Of a DNA stretch of 64,000 nucleotides, positions 12,101-23,624 are shown piece by piece. The notes below the pieces were generated by a model, which saw only the letters and a program-made list of their open reading frames with translations, did no database searches and was not told where the DNA came from. This DNA comes from Puccinia triticina (lineage: Eukaryota), in assembly GCA_026914245.1 (NCBI GenBank), contig CP110439.1, forward strand, positions 682,001 to 746,000. The letters run 5' to 3'. Made by a program: the position numbers and the translations under genes. Every line of letters starts with the position of its first letter. Within the stretch, counting starts at the first letter, position 1.

Positions 12101-14166
12101 CCGATCACTCTCAAGCACTCCTTCCTGACCAAGAGCATCGTCGAAATCAAGAACCTTCGCTGTATCTGCACTAACCAAGCCAGGCGTGCGTCATCAGCCA
12201 TTCAAGATAAGAAAAATCAGGCCGACTCAGAGGAATGGTTCCAACAAGATGCCTTCTACGAAGACCCGAGTCGAGCGATCCAGAGTCATCTCCAGCTCTC
12301 TGGCCTCGAACCCACCGACACTGAGATTGCCAAGCTGTTGATCTCGACGGCTGCGCTTGATAGACGTCAGCTGGGACAATTTTTGACCGGCCCAGAACGC
12401 ACGGGAATCTTGAGGAAATATCTGGAACGGATGAACCTGGCGTACATGAGGATCGAGGATGGCTTGCGATCGGTGCTGCTCTCGCTCAGATTACCCGCCG
12501 ATCCGCCGGCCATCGAGCGATTCTTGCACGAGTTCGGGGTGGTGTGGACGATGAGTAATCCGAAAGTGGGGCTGAGCGCTGGATTGGTGACGCGGTGGAC
12601 GACGGGGATGATCGTGTTGAGCGAGCATCTGCACGATGGACTGACGGACTCGATGCGCTATGTGGCCGGGTTCATTGGCTTCCCTAATGAGATCAGGAAC
12701 GAGACCCAGTTTGTGGAGTCGATCGTCCAGGCGGAGAAGGAGCTGAGGAGCCAGGGCAAGCCGAGCTCGACTCTGTCGCCGGAGAAACTCGAGACGATGT
12801 TGAAGAAGTCCTTCCAGTCTATCCGTCGGGATCGACTAGTCCAGGCCCGGGCAAACGTCGAAGATACGGAGAAGATCGAGATGGAGGTGATGGAGGAAGA
12901 AGCAGGGGGAAACTCGCAAGTCTCTTCGAAGTTACCGAGCCACATCATCTACCAGATCCCCTCGGAGCTGGTGACGATCAGGATCCCCGAGCCGGACCCC
13001 CAATTCGGGATCAAGCTGTTCGGATCCGGGCTGAGCTTCGAGCCCTCCTTCCTGAGCTTCACCGAGTCGGCGAGTGCGACGTTCCGGATCAAGGGCAAAG
13101 CTTTAGGACCTCGACAGGTGTCGATGATCAAGATCGGGCGCCGGGCGGCAGCATACGACGGGATCCCGCTGGACCTGATGGTGTCCGTGGAGCGCGCGTT
13201 CATGAAGCACACCGTCCAGGTCGGCTTCCTGAACCACATGATGGCCAAGCGCAAGTATCTCTTCAGCTTCCTCGGGCCCCAGCCCAAGACCGACTTCCTC
13301 GAGCTCGTCGAAGACGCCCAGGCGGCGGCCCAACACGTCCCCGCTGGGGTGCCCAACGGGCCCCAGGCCGTTGCTCGCTCCGTCGCCCTCCAGGTGCTCA
13401 TCGACTCGCTGATCATCAACGAAGACCTGGTGCCGATGAACGTCAACCCATATGCCTCGACCACAGTGGGTCTGAAAACGAGCCACAAGTCCAAAAAATC
13501 CATCGACAATCCTCCTCCTTCCAAGAAACTCGCCCCTAGCTCGTCAACAGGAGGAGGCCAGAGGGTCCGCTCGAACTCGCTCTCCGAGACGTACATCCAC
13601 ACCATCGGAAACTCCGAACACGACCTCCACCACGCCATCCTGGAGAAACGCAGCCAGGCACAGGACTTGCATATCCGCAAGCGCCAGCATAAGCTGCTCC
13701 AGGCCCAGCTGTCTGCGAACCTCTCCGGCGGGAAAGAGGCGCTCGACCCCTACTCGTGCTCGAATAAGGTCGCGCCCGTCGGCGGGGCGGACGAGATGCA
13801 GAACCTGCCCCTGTTGAGGAAGTTTATGTTTAGTGGAGACAGCCTCGTGCACCATTGCCAGCAGAACAGGTCCGTCTTTCTTCCTCTCTCTCTCTCTTGT
13901 TTTGTGTGGTATCTGATGCTGGTGGCGGTTTCAGTTTGGTTCCGCTCGTGCTGGGCTTCTTGAGCATGGGCCTCGGCGACGCGTCCAAGGCTCTCGCGCC
14001 GGCTGGCCCCCCTGGGCTCGCTGATCCGTCGCGCGACGCTCACGGCGTTGGTGTGGGTCTTGGCCATCGCATCGGCCACGCTAACGGCAACGCCACCGCG
14101 AACGGGAACGGCAACGGGAACGGATACCATTATCAGCAACATCAACATGAATACCATGTCATCTAA
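9142..14166 (+). CDS. PH- and Sec7-like domain protein (~1610 aa; exons 9142-10989, 11053-11189, 11254-13869, 13935-14166)
   Basis: Three GT..AG introns keep the frame (4833 nt). PH-like DRYLFLFNDILVITK; Sec7-like LDRRQLGQFL...IEDGLRSVLLSLRLPADPPAIERFLHEF; long low-complexity N-terminus. Confidence 0.8.
9440..9812 (+). repeat. Coding minisatellites: (EQP)n, 21-bp QPHTEP(A/P/V) units and 12-bp TEAA units
   Basis: Directly visible tandem units such as cagccacataccgagccagca and accgaagcagct. Confidence 0.9.
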
Positions 14167-14532
14167 ACACTCATCCCCTTTAAACTTTTATTCTTTTTCC
14201 CTTTTGTGGGGCTTTTTTTTTATATATCTTTATATATATACCAAGGTTCATCGTCTGCCTTTTGTTCTGCTCTTCGCTTGGCCTTCGAGGCTCTCCTTCT
14301 CCGTTCTTTCTCCTCTCATTGCGTTTTGTCTTGTCTTTTTTTTTGGTTTTTTTGTGGTTTTTGGAAGAGGAGGGGTTTCACGTTTTTCTTGGTTTGGTTC
14401 TGAAGAGGCCATGATCGTAATTTGTATTGTCTAGAAACTAGAGTGAAATCTGATGGCTGTCCTGTGAACATGCATATGTAATGTCCGAGATGCTTGTGGA
14501 TGTGTGGGGCAAGACCTATTGATGTCAATATT

Positions 14533-14665
14533 AGCACTGTTCACGTAAGAAATCTATGACCATGTGAGAGATATACATCAGCATACTTTCCCAGCCAAAT
14601 TGGCTGGCACAATGGGATAAACATTATTTCAATCTTGCTGATGTTTAGCTTACGTGAACAGTGCT
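14533..14665. mobile_element. MITE (133 bp) with ATT TSD
   Basis: Perfect TIR AGCACTGTTCACGTAAG / CTTACGTGAACAGTGCT; ATT on both sides. Confidence 0.85.
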
Positions 14666-15089
14666 ATTGACTCTGGAAGAGGTGGTTTTACAGGGGGAGC
14701 TCCCTCCAGGATGGGGAAAGCTCTCAAGCCAAATGCATGCCTATCAAATATAGCCAAATCCACCATTATGAGTTAGTTCTTCTCCTGTCAGCTTGTGGGA
14801 CCCATTAGTGAAGAATTTATTTGAGACACCCTATTAGTGGACATCAAATATGCAACCTCTGGTGAGGGTAAATTTGCAAGAACAAAAAGGGTTTTCTGGG
14901 GTGTGGGGGTGCAGAGATGGTGGCAATTGATCCTCCAATGTGTGTGGTGAGGACCAGGGTGATTCCTGTTGTGAGGGGGCCATCTTTTTCCGTTGATTGG
15001 TTTTTTTATTGTGCAAGGGGACTTTATCAACCCTTGATGTTTCAAACCATGAAACCATGTGAATTTAGGTGACTCTCATGGGGGACATT

Positions 15090-15290
15090 AGGGGGGTTCA
15101 CATTTGAATTTTTTAAAACTGTGGAGGTCAATTTAAGGCCTTTATGAACATAATTTTAAAATTTTGGCAAGATGTCCAGAAAAAGGTGAGACTGATCAAT
15201 CAGTGCAATTTATCAAATTTTTAAAAATATGTTCATAAACAGGTTAAAATGGGTCCTAAAGTTTTACAAATTTCAATTGTGAACCCCCCT
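15090..15290. mobile_element. MITE (201 bp) sharing TIR ends with the Harbinger-type element
   Basis: AGGGGGGTTCACA...TGTGAACCCCCCT with ATT TSD; long internal inverted arms. Confidence 0.9.
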
Positions 15291-15700
15291 ATTGCAATGA
15301 TTTTTGGTCCAGGTTGAGCCTGCATACCAAGACACTACCTTCAGAAATCAACTGCTACAAAAGCCTGGACTAACAAGTTCTGAAATGTGTGGGGCCCAGA
15401 TTGTGGAATGCTTTGGGCAGACTCTGTACACCAATTATCCTAATAGTCTTGTCCAAGCAGTGGGTATTGAATCCTCTGTATGGGCCCATCTTCCACCAAA
15501 CTGTTGTATTCTATGGATCTGGATCTCAAACCTGTCTGGTTGTTGCTTTGTGCCAACACCCCCCTGCAACACTGCATACATGATCCTCAGTGGCCATGGC
15601 AAAGTTTTGGTTTATGTATAGACCAAACAAATGCTCCACCTTTTCCTCAAATCCAACACTCTAGCTGAACCATGTCAAATTCCACATCCACAGGCCTGTT

Positions 15701-17650
15701 ATGATTTATGGATTTTTACTTGTTATTGTGTTGGTCATCCCAATCACCCCTGCTCACAATATGGAAATTCAACACTCAATAGGAGCAGATAGAGGCATGA
15801 CAAGTGGTCAAAATCCCCTCAGGCAGATTGGTAAGCAGTTATAATTTAAGAGGAGGAAATCCCAAATGTTTTTTCAGATCTGGTCAAGGTTTGACCTTCA
15901 TTTGGAATATCTACTACCCCAAAATTCCCTTCAATCTTCCTAAAAATTCTGAAGAAAATGTTTCACAAGAATTGAATGAAAACAGCCAATCATAGTAAGA
16001 GCTTCTAGACCTAAATGCTCACTTCAGATCCAAATTTTATTCAAAAGCTTACTGCTTGATCTACTACCAATATACCCTAACCTCAAAATCTACCCAGTAC
16101 AAGGATCCCCATGGATGAAAGAGTTATAAAAGGTATAAATTTTTCAAAATTATGAGGATCATAAAAATTAAAAATCTTGATAACTGAAACCTGAATTTTT
16201 AGAATTCAGAGAAACAACATCAATCATTGAAAGAAATAGAGAAGAACTGGATGGTTTTTACTCAAATCTCATGGAAAAACTAGTGGATAAAAAGCTTACA
16301 ATTGTAAACCAACAAGAAAAAATTGGATTACTCAAGGAATCACAAATGAATATATTGACCCTCAGAAAATGGAAGATAGATTCCCTGATCAAGGGAGAAT
16401 CTGAAAATTTAAAAATCCTCAGATTTCTGTATCCAGAAACAGAAATTGATTCACACTCACCACTGATTCCTGAAGTGCATCAATCAATAGCTGACAAATT
16501 CTGGGAAAATTACTGCATCTCACTTTTAGAAAGTGCAATGCAAATCATTCCAGATTTGCACCTGCTGAAATATTTGAGAATGGAAAAAAGAAACAGCAGA
16601 AAATCTCACTTGGCTGTAGCAGCCTGCAGTTATGTGCTCAAATTGGTTGACTTTTTTTTCAAGTCCAAATTCATAAATCAGGTTATTCTATTCAAAATTT
16701 ATCAAGAGGAGAGGATGATCAAGATTCTTCTTTTGTACATTTCAGTGCGGATCAAAAATGAAATGAACTGGAAGTTTTGGTGGGATTCATCTTGTTATAC
16801 TGAACACTGGGACTGGCCAGAATTGTTCAAATCTTTCCAAGGTATGATATTCAATTGATACCACACCTTGGTTTTTTGGTTACAAATATGATAATATTCT
16901 GAGTTGGATAATGGTTTTCTCCCCAAAATATGAACAGAACCCAGCAAATTCCAAAAGAAACTGATTGTTTACCTTTACCTGGTTGAAAAGATCAGAACAA
17001 TGCTCAACTTATGTAATGAATCTGTAGCTGGATATCATCCAGAATTGAGGGCAATTTTTGGGTCATTTTCACCTGTCAAAGAACTCAGGAATTTCATACA
17101 TTACAATGAATCAGATAATTCCAGATTTTTTATCATTTCAGGAAAGGTGCCTAATCTAGGGGAAAGTGGGTCAAAGGAATTCAGAGATCAAATTGAAATG
17201 CTCATTGCTTACGAATCAAGAAGGCTTGAAAACAGTTTAGAATACTATGAGTATGAAATGATTGATGACATATGTGAATTCCTATGCTTTGTAGAAAGAG
17301 AAATGTTTCCCGGAATCGTCAAGCAGAAAGTTGCCCAAATTAACCCTAGGTCCACAAGGTTTGAAGACTACTTTGGCCTCAAAAATCTCTGCTACAAGTT
17401 TGATAAATGGTGGCATAAGGCAAAGTTTTATAGCCAAAAGATGAGTGAACAATTTGAACCATCAATTTACAGTGGATATCAAGAAAAATTAGCTGCAATT
17501 TGGAATGAGTTTGAAAACAAATACAGCTTAGTTTCTCAAAAACCAGACAGCATCTTGAAGACATTGCCAAGTAGTACTCGGATCAAAAAGCTAATGACTG
17601 ATGGCCAAGGAATCTTGGTAAATGTAGATCAAGGAATTTTTTTTATTTGA
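15701..17650 (+). pseudogene. Decayed multi-exon secreted-protein (effector-like) gene
   Basis: Signal-peptide-like MIYGFLLVIVLVIPITPA at 15701 and plausible splice sites linking to ORFs 16271-16858 and 17000-17650; in-frame stops at 15892, 16057 and 16078 in the inferred early exons; AT-rich and CpG-poor. Confidence 0.55.
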
Positions 17651-17782
17651 TTTTGTTTCCTGGCTGAAAAGATCTCACATGAAGGAACTACAATTTCACA
17701 TCTTATGATCTTATTTTCTTGAGTTTGATTCACAGGTCTGCAACATCACTGCATAAACTAATGCTTGGTCAGTTTTGACATT

Positions 17783-17885
17783 GTCCAAGCAGTCATTGAA
17801 CAGAGTTTATCCAACGAGTTCTGCAATCCAGACCCGGCACATTACAGAACTTGTTGGAAAAAATCTGTTTGATGACTGCTTGCAC
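17783..17885. mobile_element. Small palindromic MITE
   Basis: GTCCAAGCAGTCAT...ATGACTGCTTGCAC inverted ends; ATT/ACT flanks. Confidence 0.6.
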
Positions 17886-17905
17886 ACTTTATGCAATTAT
17901 GGTTA

Positions 17906-18157
17906 TGGTATTCAAAATTGCATATGTCACTATTTACATAAAATCATAAAACCAATTTTGGCTGGGAGATGTCAGCATGCAGAAAACTTTAAGTGACATC
18001 TCCCAGCCAAAATTGCAGTTTATGATTTTATGTAAAAAAATCTTATGCAATTTTGGCTGGGAGATGTCACTTTGAGTTTTATGCACGCTGACATCTCCCA
18101 GCTAAAATTGGCTTTATGATTTTATGTAAACCGTGACATATGCAATTTTGAACACCA
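17906..18157. mobile_element. Palindromic MITE with TA target (TGGTRTTCAAA TIR family)
   Basis: TA|TGGTATTCAAAATTGCATATGTCAC...GTGACATATGCAATTTTGAACACCA|TA. Confidence 0.8.
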
Positions 18158-18527
18158 TAAATATCCCCTTGTTTCAGGGGCCAGGGGACCCGGCGCGCCG
18201 GAGGCGCCATGCAAAGCGAGCCTCTGAAAGAGGGGCTTGTGAGCAAAGTCCAAGCCATGTCCTGAGAACTGTGGCCTTTTGTGGTTTTTTTGGCCTCTTG
18301 GAAAATGAAGCACTTATGTTGGAACTCCCAAACCACAAACCCAATCAACCTGCCTTGAACTTTCACATGTAGGCAAACATCTTGGTTTTGCGGCTATGTG
18401 ATTTTTTTACATATTTTGAAGAAATAGTATCAATTTCCTTGGATGTGAGCAAGAGTCTCCGCTGGAGATTGGATGTTGGAGTCATTGCATAATAGTGGTT
18501 TACTTTAAAGTATGCCATACAGATTTA

Positions 18528-18705
18528 TGGTGTTCAAAGTTGGTTTGCATAATTTTATGCATGCATAAATTGTAAAATCATAAAAATATTTTGGTGAGGA
18601 ATTTTTGTATTACATATAATCAGACAGGCATATCCCCTGCAAAAAAGATTTTATGATTTTATGATTTATGCATGCATAAAATTATGCAAACCAACTTTGA
18701 ACACA
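18528..18705. mobile_element. MITE with TA target; near-identical copy at 35495-35671
   Basis: TGGTGTTCAAAGTTGGTTTGCATAATTTTATGCATGC arms inverted at both ends; second copy in the window. Confidence 0.85.
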
Positions 18706-18709
18706 TAAT

Positions 18710-18912
18710 AGGGGGGTTCACAATAGGATGAAAATAAAACTTTAAAGCTAATTTTAAGGCCTTTATGAACAATTTTTTAAAAAGTGAAGAAGTTGCTCTG
18801 ATTCTCAGGGGACACCCAGTCCTGCACATCTTGCCAGATTTTTAAAAATTTGTTGATAAAGGCCTTAAAATTGACTCTAAGATTTTATTTTTATCCTATT
18901 GTGAACCTCCCT
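18710..18912. mobile_element. MITE (203 bp) with Harbinger-type TIRs, abutting the autonomous element
   Basis: AAT|AGGGGGGTTCACAATAGGAT...ATCCTATTGTGAACCTCCCT|AAT. Confidence 0.9.
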
Positions 18913-19279
18913 AATAGGGGGGTTCACGATTGGATTTCACCAGAAATTTATAACCACCCCACCAGGAGAGTTGCGCACGCTGCGCACCTAAAATTTTAAC
19001 TCAATTTTAACTCACCAGAAAAGACCCACCAGCAAAATTTACTGGCGGCTCAGCAACGGAAACCGACTGGCATCCGATCACCTGCCAGAGGAGAAGCCCC
19101 CAAACACCCACCCTCACCTTGGACCGGCACACATCCGGCCATCACCCGCCCATCAGAAACTGCTCGCTTCCCTTGACGACCTTGGAACCCATCCCTTCAT
19201 CACCCGCTCGCCTGGCCACCTCCGAGCACACGAGCCAAGTGGTATCGTCATCACCTGCTCGCCCCGGCATTCACCTCTG

Positions 19280-20634
19280 ATGCACAAGTATAGCGAGCGG
19301 CAACAGGTCATTCGTGACCTGTTCATGATGATCATCTTCCTTCATCATCAAGAGACTGACGACATGCTTGATTCTATCTTGGGGATACCAACGGTCCCTT
19401 CCCTTGGCGCGACGGTGGCTCCTGACGATCCCGGGCATGCTTTGGTGTTGGACCTCCTGTTCGAGGATGAAGAAACCATATCTGATATGCTCGGCTTGGT
19501 GCTCAGTAACCGGTACTTGCACACTCGATCGCCGGGAAAGACACACGACGAATACAACTTGGTGCGCCTGTTTGAGATGAGGGACAAAGATTTCAAACAA
19601 GCGGTCCGAACGACGCAATCGGGCTTCATTTGGCTTCTTGAAAAGATATACGCTAACCCGATCTTCCAGAGCAACAGCCCTCGACAACAGCTCCCAATAC
19701 CTCACCAGTTAGCCCTCACCCTCGAAAGGCTTGGTTCCAACGGCAATGGGGCCTCGGTGGGAAGATTTGCCAGGAACCTCTGCGTGGGCCGTGGAACTGT
19801 TGTCAAAATTACTCGCCGGGTGGTTCGCGCGATCAACGACTTGTCTGGTTCTCACCTGATATGGCCGGATGCGAACAGACGAAGAGAGATCTCCAACATT
19901 ATGAAGGCAGAAGGATTCGAAGGCTGTGTTGGCTTTGTTGATGGCAGAACCATCCCCCTCTACCAGCGCCCGAGCATCGATGGCGAGGTGTTTTTTGATC
20001 GAAAAAAACGTTACTCGATCAACTGCCAGGTAGTCTGCGACTGCGATCGGTACATCACGGCGTACATGACCGGTTGGCCCGGCTCCTGCGGGGATAGCCT
20101 AGTATTCAAGAAAATGAAGCTCTGGTTAGAGCCCGAGGCTCATTTTGACCCAGGTGAGGGATCATGTGCTATGTGGTTGTGGTTAAACTAATACTGACCG
20201 CATTATTGCACGCAGGCCAGTACCTCATTGCCGACTCGGCCTATGAATTGACTCGCCATTGCATCCCGGCGTACAAGGCACCCGCCGCATACATCAAGGA
20301 GAACACGGAGTTTAATTACTGCCTTGCGCGGTCCCGCGTGCGAAACGAGCACACGATTGGGATCCTCAAGGGCCGATGGGCCTCCCTCCAGCACTTACGT
20401 CTGGCTATCCAAAAGCCATCAGACATGAAAGAAATTATCCGATGGGTCCACTGTTGTGTCACTCTGCACAACATGCTCGCTAGTCTAGGCGATTCTTGGG
20501 ACGTCTTGGATACCCCGGCTGAAGATTCTCATCCTGCGGAAAACTCAATCGATGACTCCGCAAGATCTCATCGTGATAGTGTACAGTCACGTTGTCTTCA
20601 GACCAATTACTCCCTTGGAGTATTGCCGTTGTGA
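19280..20634 (+). CDS. Harbinger-type (HARBI1-like) DDE transposase (~430 aa; intron 20154-20215)
   Basis: Motifs GFVDG, YSINCQVVCD, GWPGSCGDS, LIADSAY, RVRNEHTIGILKGRW, CVTLHN; a 62-nt GT..AG intron joins the two ORFs in frame. Confidence 0.92.
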
Positions 20635-20786
20635 TTCTGCTCACTATAGGTATCCATCCTCTTACTTGTTTTGATTGTCTTTCTATCCATCCTCTTTCTT
20701 GTTTTGATTCTCTTTCACATTTAATTTTCTTTCCACGTTTTTCATAACTAGTAGTGCTGGATTAAAATCATAAATGGATATCTTGT

Positions 20787-21486
20787 TCAGGAGCTTATAG
20801 TAGTAGCATCTGAGTTGTTGCCGTCCTCGCGGTCTGCCCTTTCAGGCACAACTTGTTGAGCTTCATCGTCGGATGAGCCTCTCCCTTGCCGGTACACGCG
20901 TACAAAATCCCTAAGGGTTTCGCGGTGCATAACTGAATGCAGGACATCCCAATGCGGACATCGTTGGAGGGTATAGTCTGAGGTAGCAAGGCCCTAATTC
21001 GTCAGTCCTTGCGTGGCTTGTAGGGAATTCCTGGAGAAACTCACTGCGAAGGATCCGCATACCCTCATTGCCTAGGCTGGCATAAAGCTCATCTTGGCTT
21101 CGGGCCATGAAATCACGAGCTATCTGGTAACTCCTTTGAAGGTAACGGATTCGATCAATTATAGCTATGTATGCCCAAATCACGGTCACTTCAGCTTGTA
21201 CGGGTAGGTAAGAACAGGGAATTCTGGTCTTACCTCTATTATCTTGTCGGATATTATGATCAAGCATGATCCCTCGAATCTCATCGGTCACCAGCTCTCG
21301 GTTTGCCCGGTCAAACCACAAACGGCCCTCGCCCCTCCATCGGTCGTAGTTGCCAGGTACTGCGAGCCAGTCGAGGAGGATAATCAAGCTGGATGGCCCG
21401 CCGTTGATGCCATCGTTAGACCATGAGGCTCTTCTGGGTTCTCTGTGAGTGCGATTGCGGGCAGTTCGTTGATACCTAATAGCCAT
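20787..21486 (-). CDS. Second accessory protein of the transposon (~187 aa; exons 21486-21234, 21164-21045, 20977-20787), Myb/SANT-trihelix-like
   Basis: Two GT..AG introns (69 and 67 nt) give an open 564-nt CDS: SWSNDGINGGPSSLIILLDWLAVPGNYDRWRG...IIDRIRYLQRSYQIARDF...LQRCPHWDVLHSVM. Start codon uncertain. Confidence 0.7.
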
Positions 21487-22065
21487 TTTCCCGGCGGGTT
21501 TCTGGGAGCTGGTGGGAGGAAGAGCTGTTGAGTTAGCCTGGGCGTCCACCTCCAGGCAATACAGGGAATACAGGCAATACAGCTTGTCCAAACCACAACT
21601 GAGCCGTGTGTTTGGATGTGGCTTGGGGTATTTTTTGGCCCCTGAGTCGCTCATATGATCATGTATGAAGGAATAATTTGATTCCATAAAAGCGAGCAAT
21701 ACGAGTTATATTCCAAGGAAGCCAACAAACACATCGTGGTATTCAGACGGATAGGAAATCATAACCAATAACGGAAAACATCAGACCACAGCAGGTGAAG
21801 AGAGAGGAGACGTTTGGGGGGGGGGCAGTCAAGAGAGACCGCTACAACCACAGCAGGTGAAGGGAGAGGGGATCGGATGACCACAGTGATTGTTGGGGGG
21901 GGGGCATATCTAAAACGTGGCAAATATCAATTGTGGGAGTAAATCTGTCCTCCTTTGCGTCAAGAGAGACCGCTACACGAACTGAGGGCCGCCAAGAAAA
22001 TATCAGTATTAGTCTGTGTTGAAGTACTATGTCAAGAGGGAACAAGAGTGACAAACCACTCGGCT

Positions 22066-23624
22066 TCATCCATAAATAACCTTCAAAAGCGCCTCAACCT
22101 CGGCGGCGGTCTTGCCCTGACCTATGAACTCGCGTGCACTTTCCATCCTTGCCTGAGCCAATGTTAGTTGGGCCGTCACCGATTGGTTCGCACGATCCAC
22201 CTCTTGCGCGTGGCGTAGCTTTTCGCGATCTGATTCATGCTGAAGGCGATTGCGCTCGCGCTCCTTATCCCAGGACATATGCTCTTTGAGGTAAGCGAAT
22301 TTCTCGGTGTTGGCGCTTTCGAAGGCGGAGGCAAGACTCTTGGATTTCGTTTGATTGCTGCGATTGGGTCCCACAGGAGTTGAATCAGCTGATTGTTGAT
22401 TAGCAAACGCTCGGCGGCCAGCTGGTGCGGCCTCGTCAGCCGCAGATTGATAGCCACTCAGGGCCGCACTGCCATGTGTTGCTTGATGGATCAAACGCTG
22501 AGATATCAAGCTTGGGGAGGGATCTGCAGCAGTCCCACTCAAATCAAGGGGCGGAGGGAGCTCTTCATCCTCACCGACGAAGTTTGGGCCGTCGATAGGT
22601 TGTGCGAGCGTATCTGGAAGGAGCCGGATGTTTGGAGTGATGATGCCCGAGGGGGGCAGCTCGTCTTGAGTCTCATCCCAGCCCGAATAGAAGATCTCCT
22701 GAGTGGACTGAGGAGCATCGGAGCCATCATACAGATTGCCTCCCGTCATGGAGTCGAACTCGGCCAAAGGGGTGATGTTTGCCTTTGCTCCAAAGATTGA
22801 GTACATCCGTTTGTAGCACGGGCACTTACTCTCGAGGATCTCGGCCAGAGTAGGCAGGTCTTCACCCTCTTCGATCCCGGCCCACGCTTTGGCCTTCGCA
22901 AACCGCTTCTTGTAGCCATCGATTCGTTGGCGGAGCTGGGACCCGGTGAGATGCAGGCGGGAGTTAGACTTATTGTTAATGTAGATCGCAAACATGTCGT
23001 ACGCCGCCGCCTTTGTGACCTTGGTTGTGCCAACCACCGTCTTGGCCCCATCACCATACAAGCGGGTATAGTTGGCCTCCTCCTCGAGATAAGAGCATAC
23101 ATGCTCGTAGTCTTCAGTCACGAACGGCGGGTTAGCGTCCGAGCCAGTCGTCTGGGATGCAGGTGGGGCAGATCCGATTTGGGTGGTCGCACCTTTCGAC
23201 GGTTGAGAAGTACGGCGAGGGTTACGAGAGCGGGGGGCATTCTTCTTTCCGCCTTTGCCTTTGTACCTATCGGCAACACCGTGAGTCTTGATTCTTGCCT
23301 CTTCTGCCTCGGCTCGAGCAAGCTCCGCCCGATGTGCGATCATCTGCGCTTTAGTCCTGCGGGCCCGTTTTGGCTTCCCACTCGCTGGCGCAGGGTCCAG
23401 GGGAGGCGATTGAGATCTGGTGCCTGACATTGAAATGGTGTTCAGCGAGAGCGACGGGCTACAATCGGATTGGAGGCGGAGGTCGGATACGTTGGGAGAC
23501 AGGCCGGATGGGCTATCAAACAAGCTGGGATCCAACTAAGGTTTGGGGAAGGGATCAGTCGGGGGTGAGTTATGATCAAAAGGGATGGGAATGGAGATGT
23601 ACATACCTGACTGGATATGCTCAT
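22066..23624 (-). CDS. Harbinger accessory DNA-binding-like protein (~495 aa; probable exons 23624-23607, 23535-22066)
   Basis: Long ORF convergent with the transposase; core YLEEEANYTRLYG...QLRQRIDGYKKRF...ILESKCPCYKRMYSIFG, basic N-terminus, C-terminal coiled coil; 71-nt GTATGT..AG intron. Confidence 0.8.
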
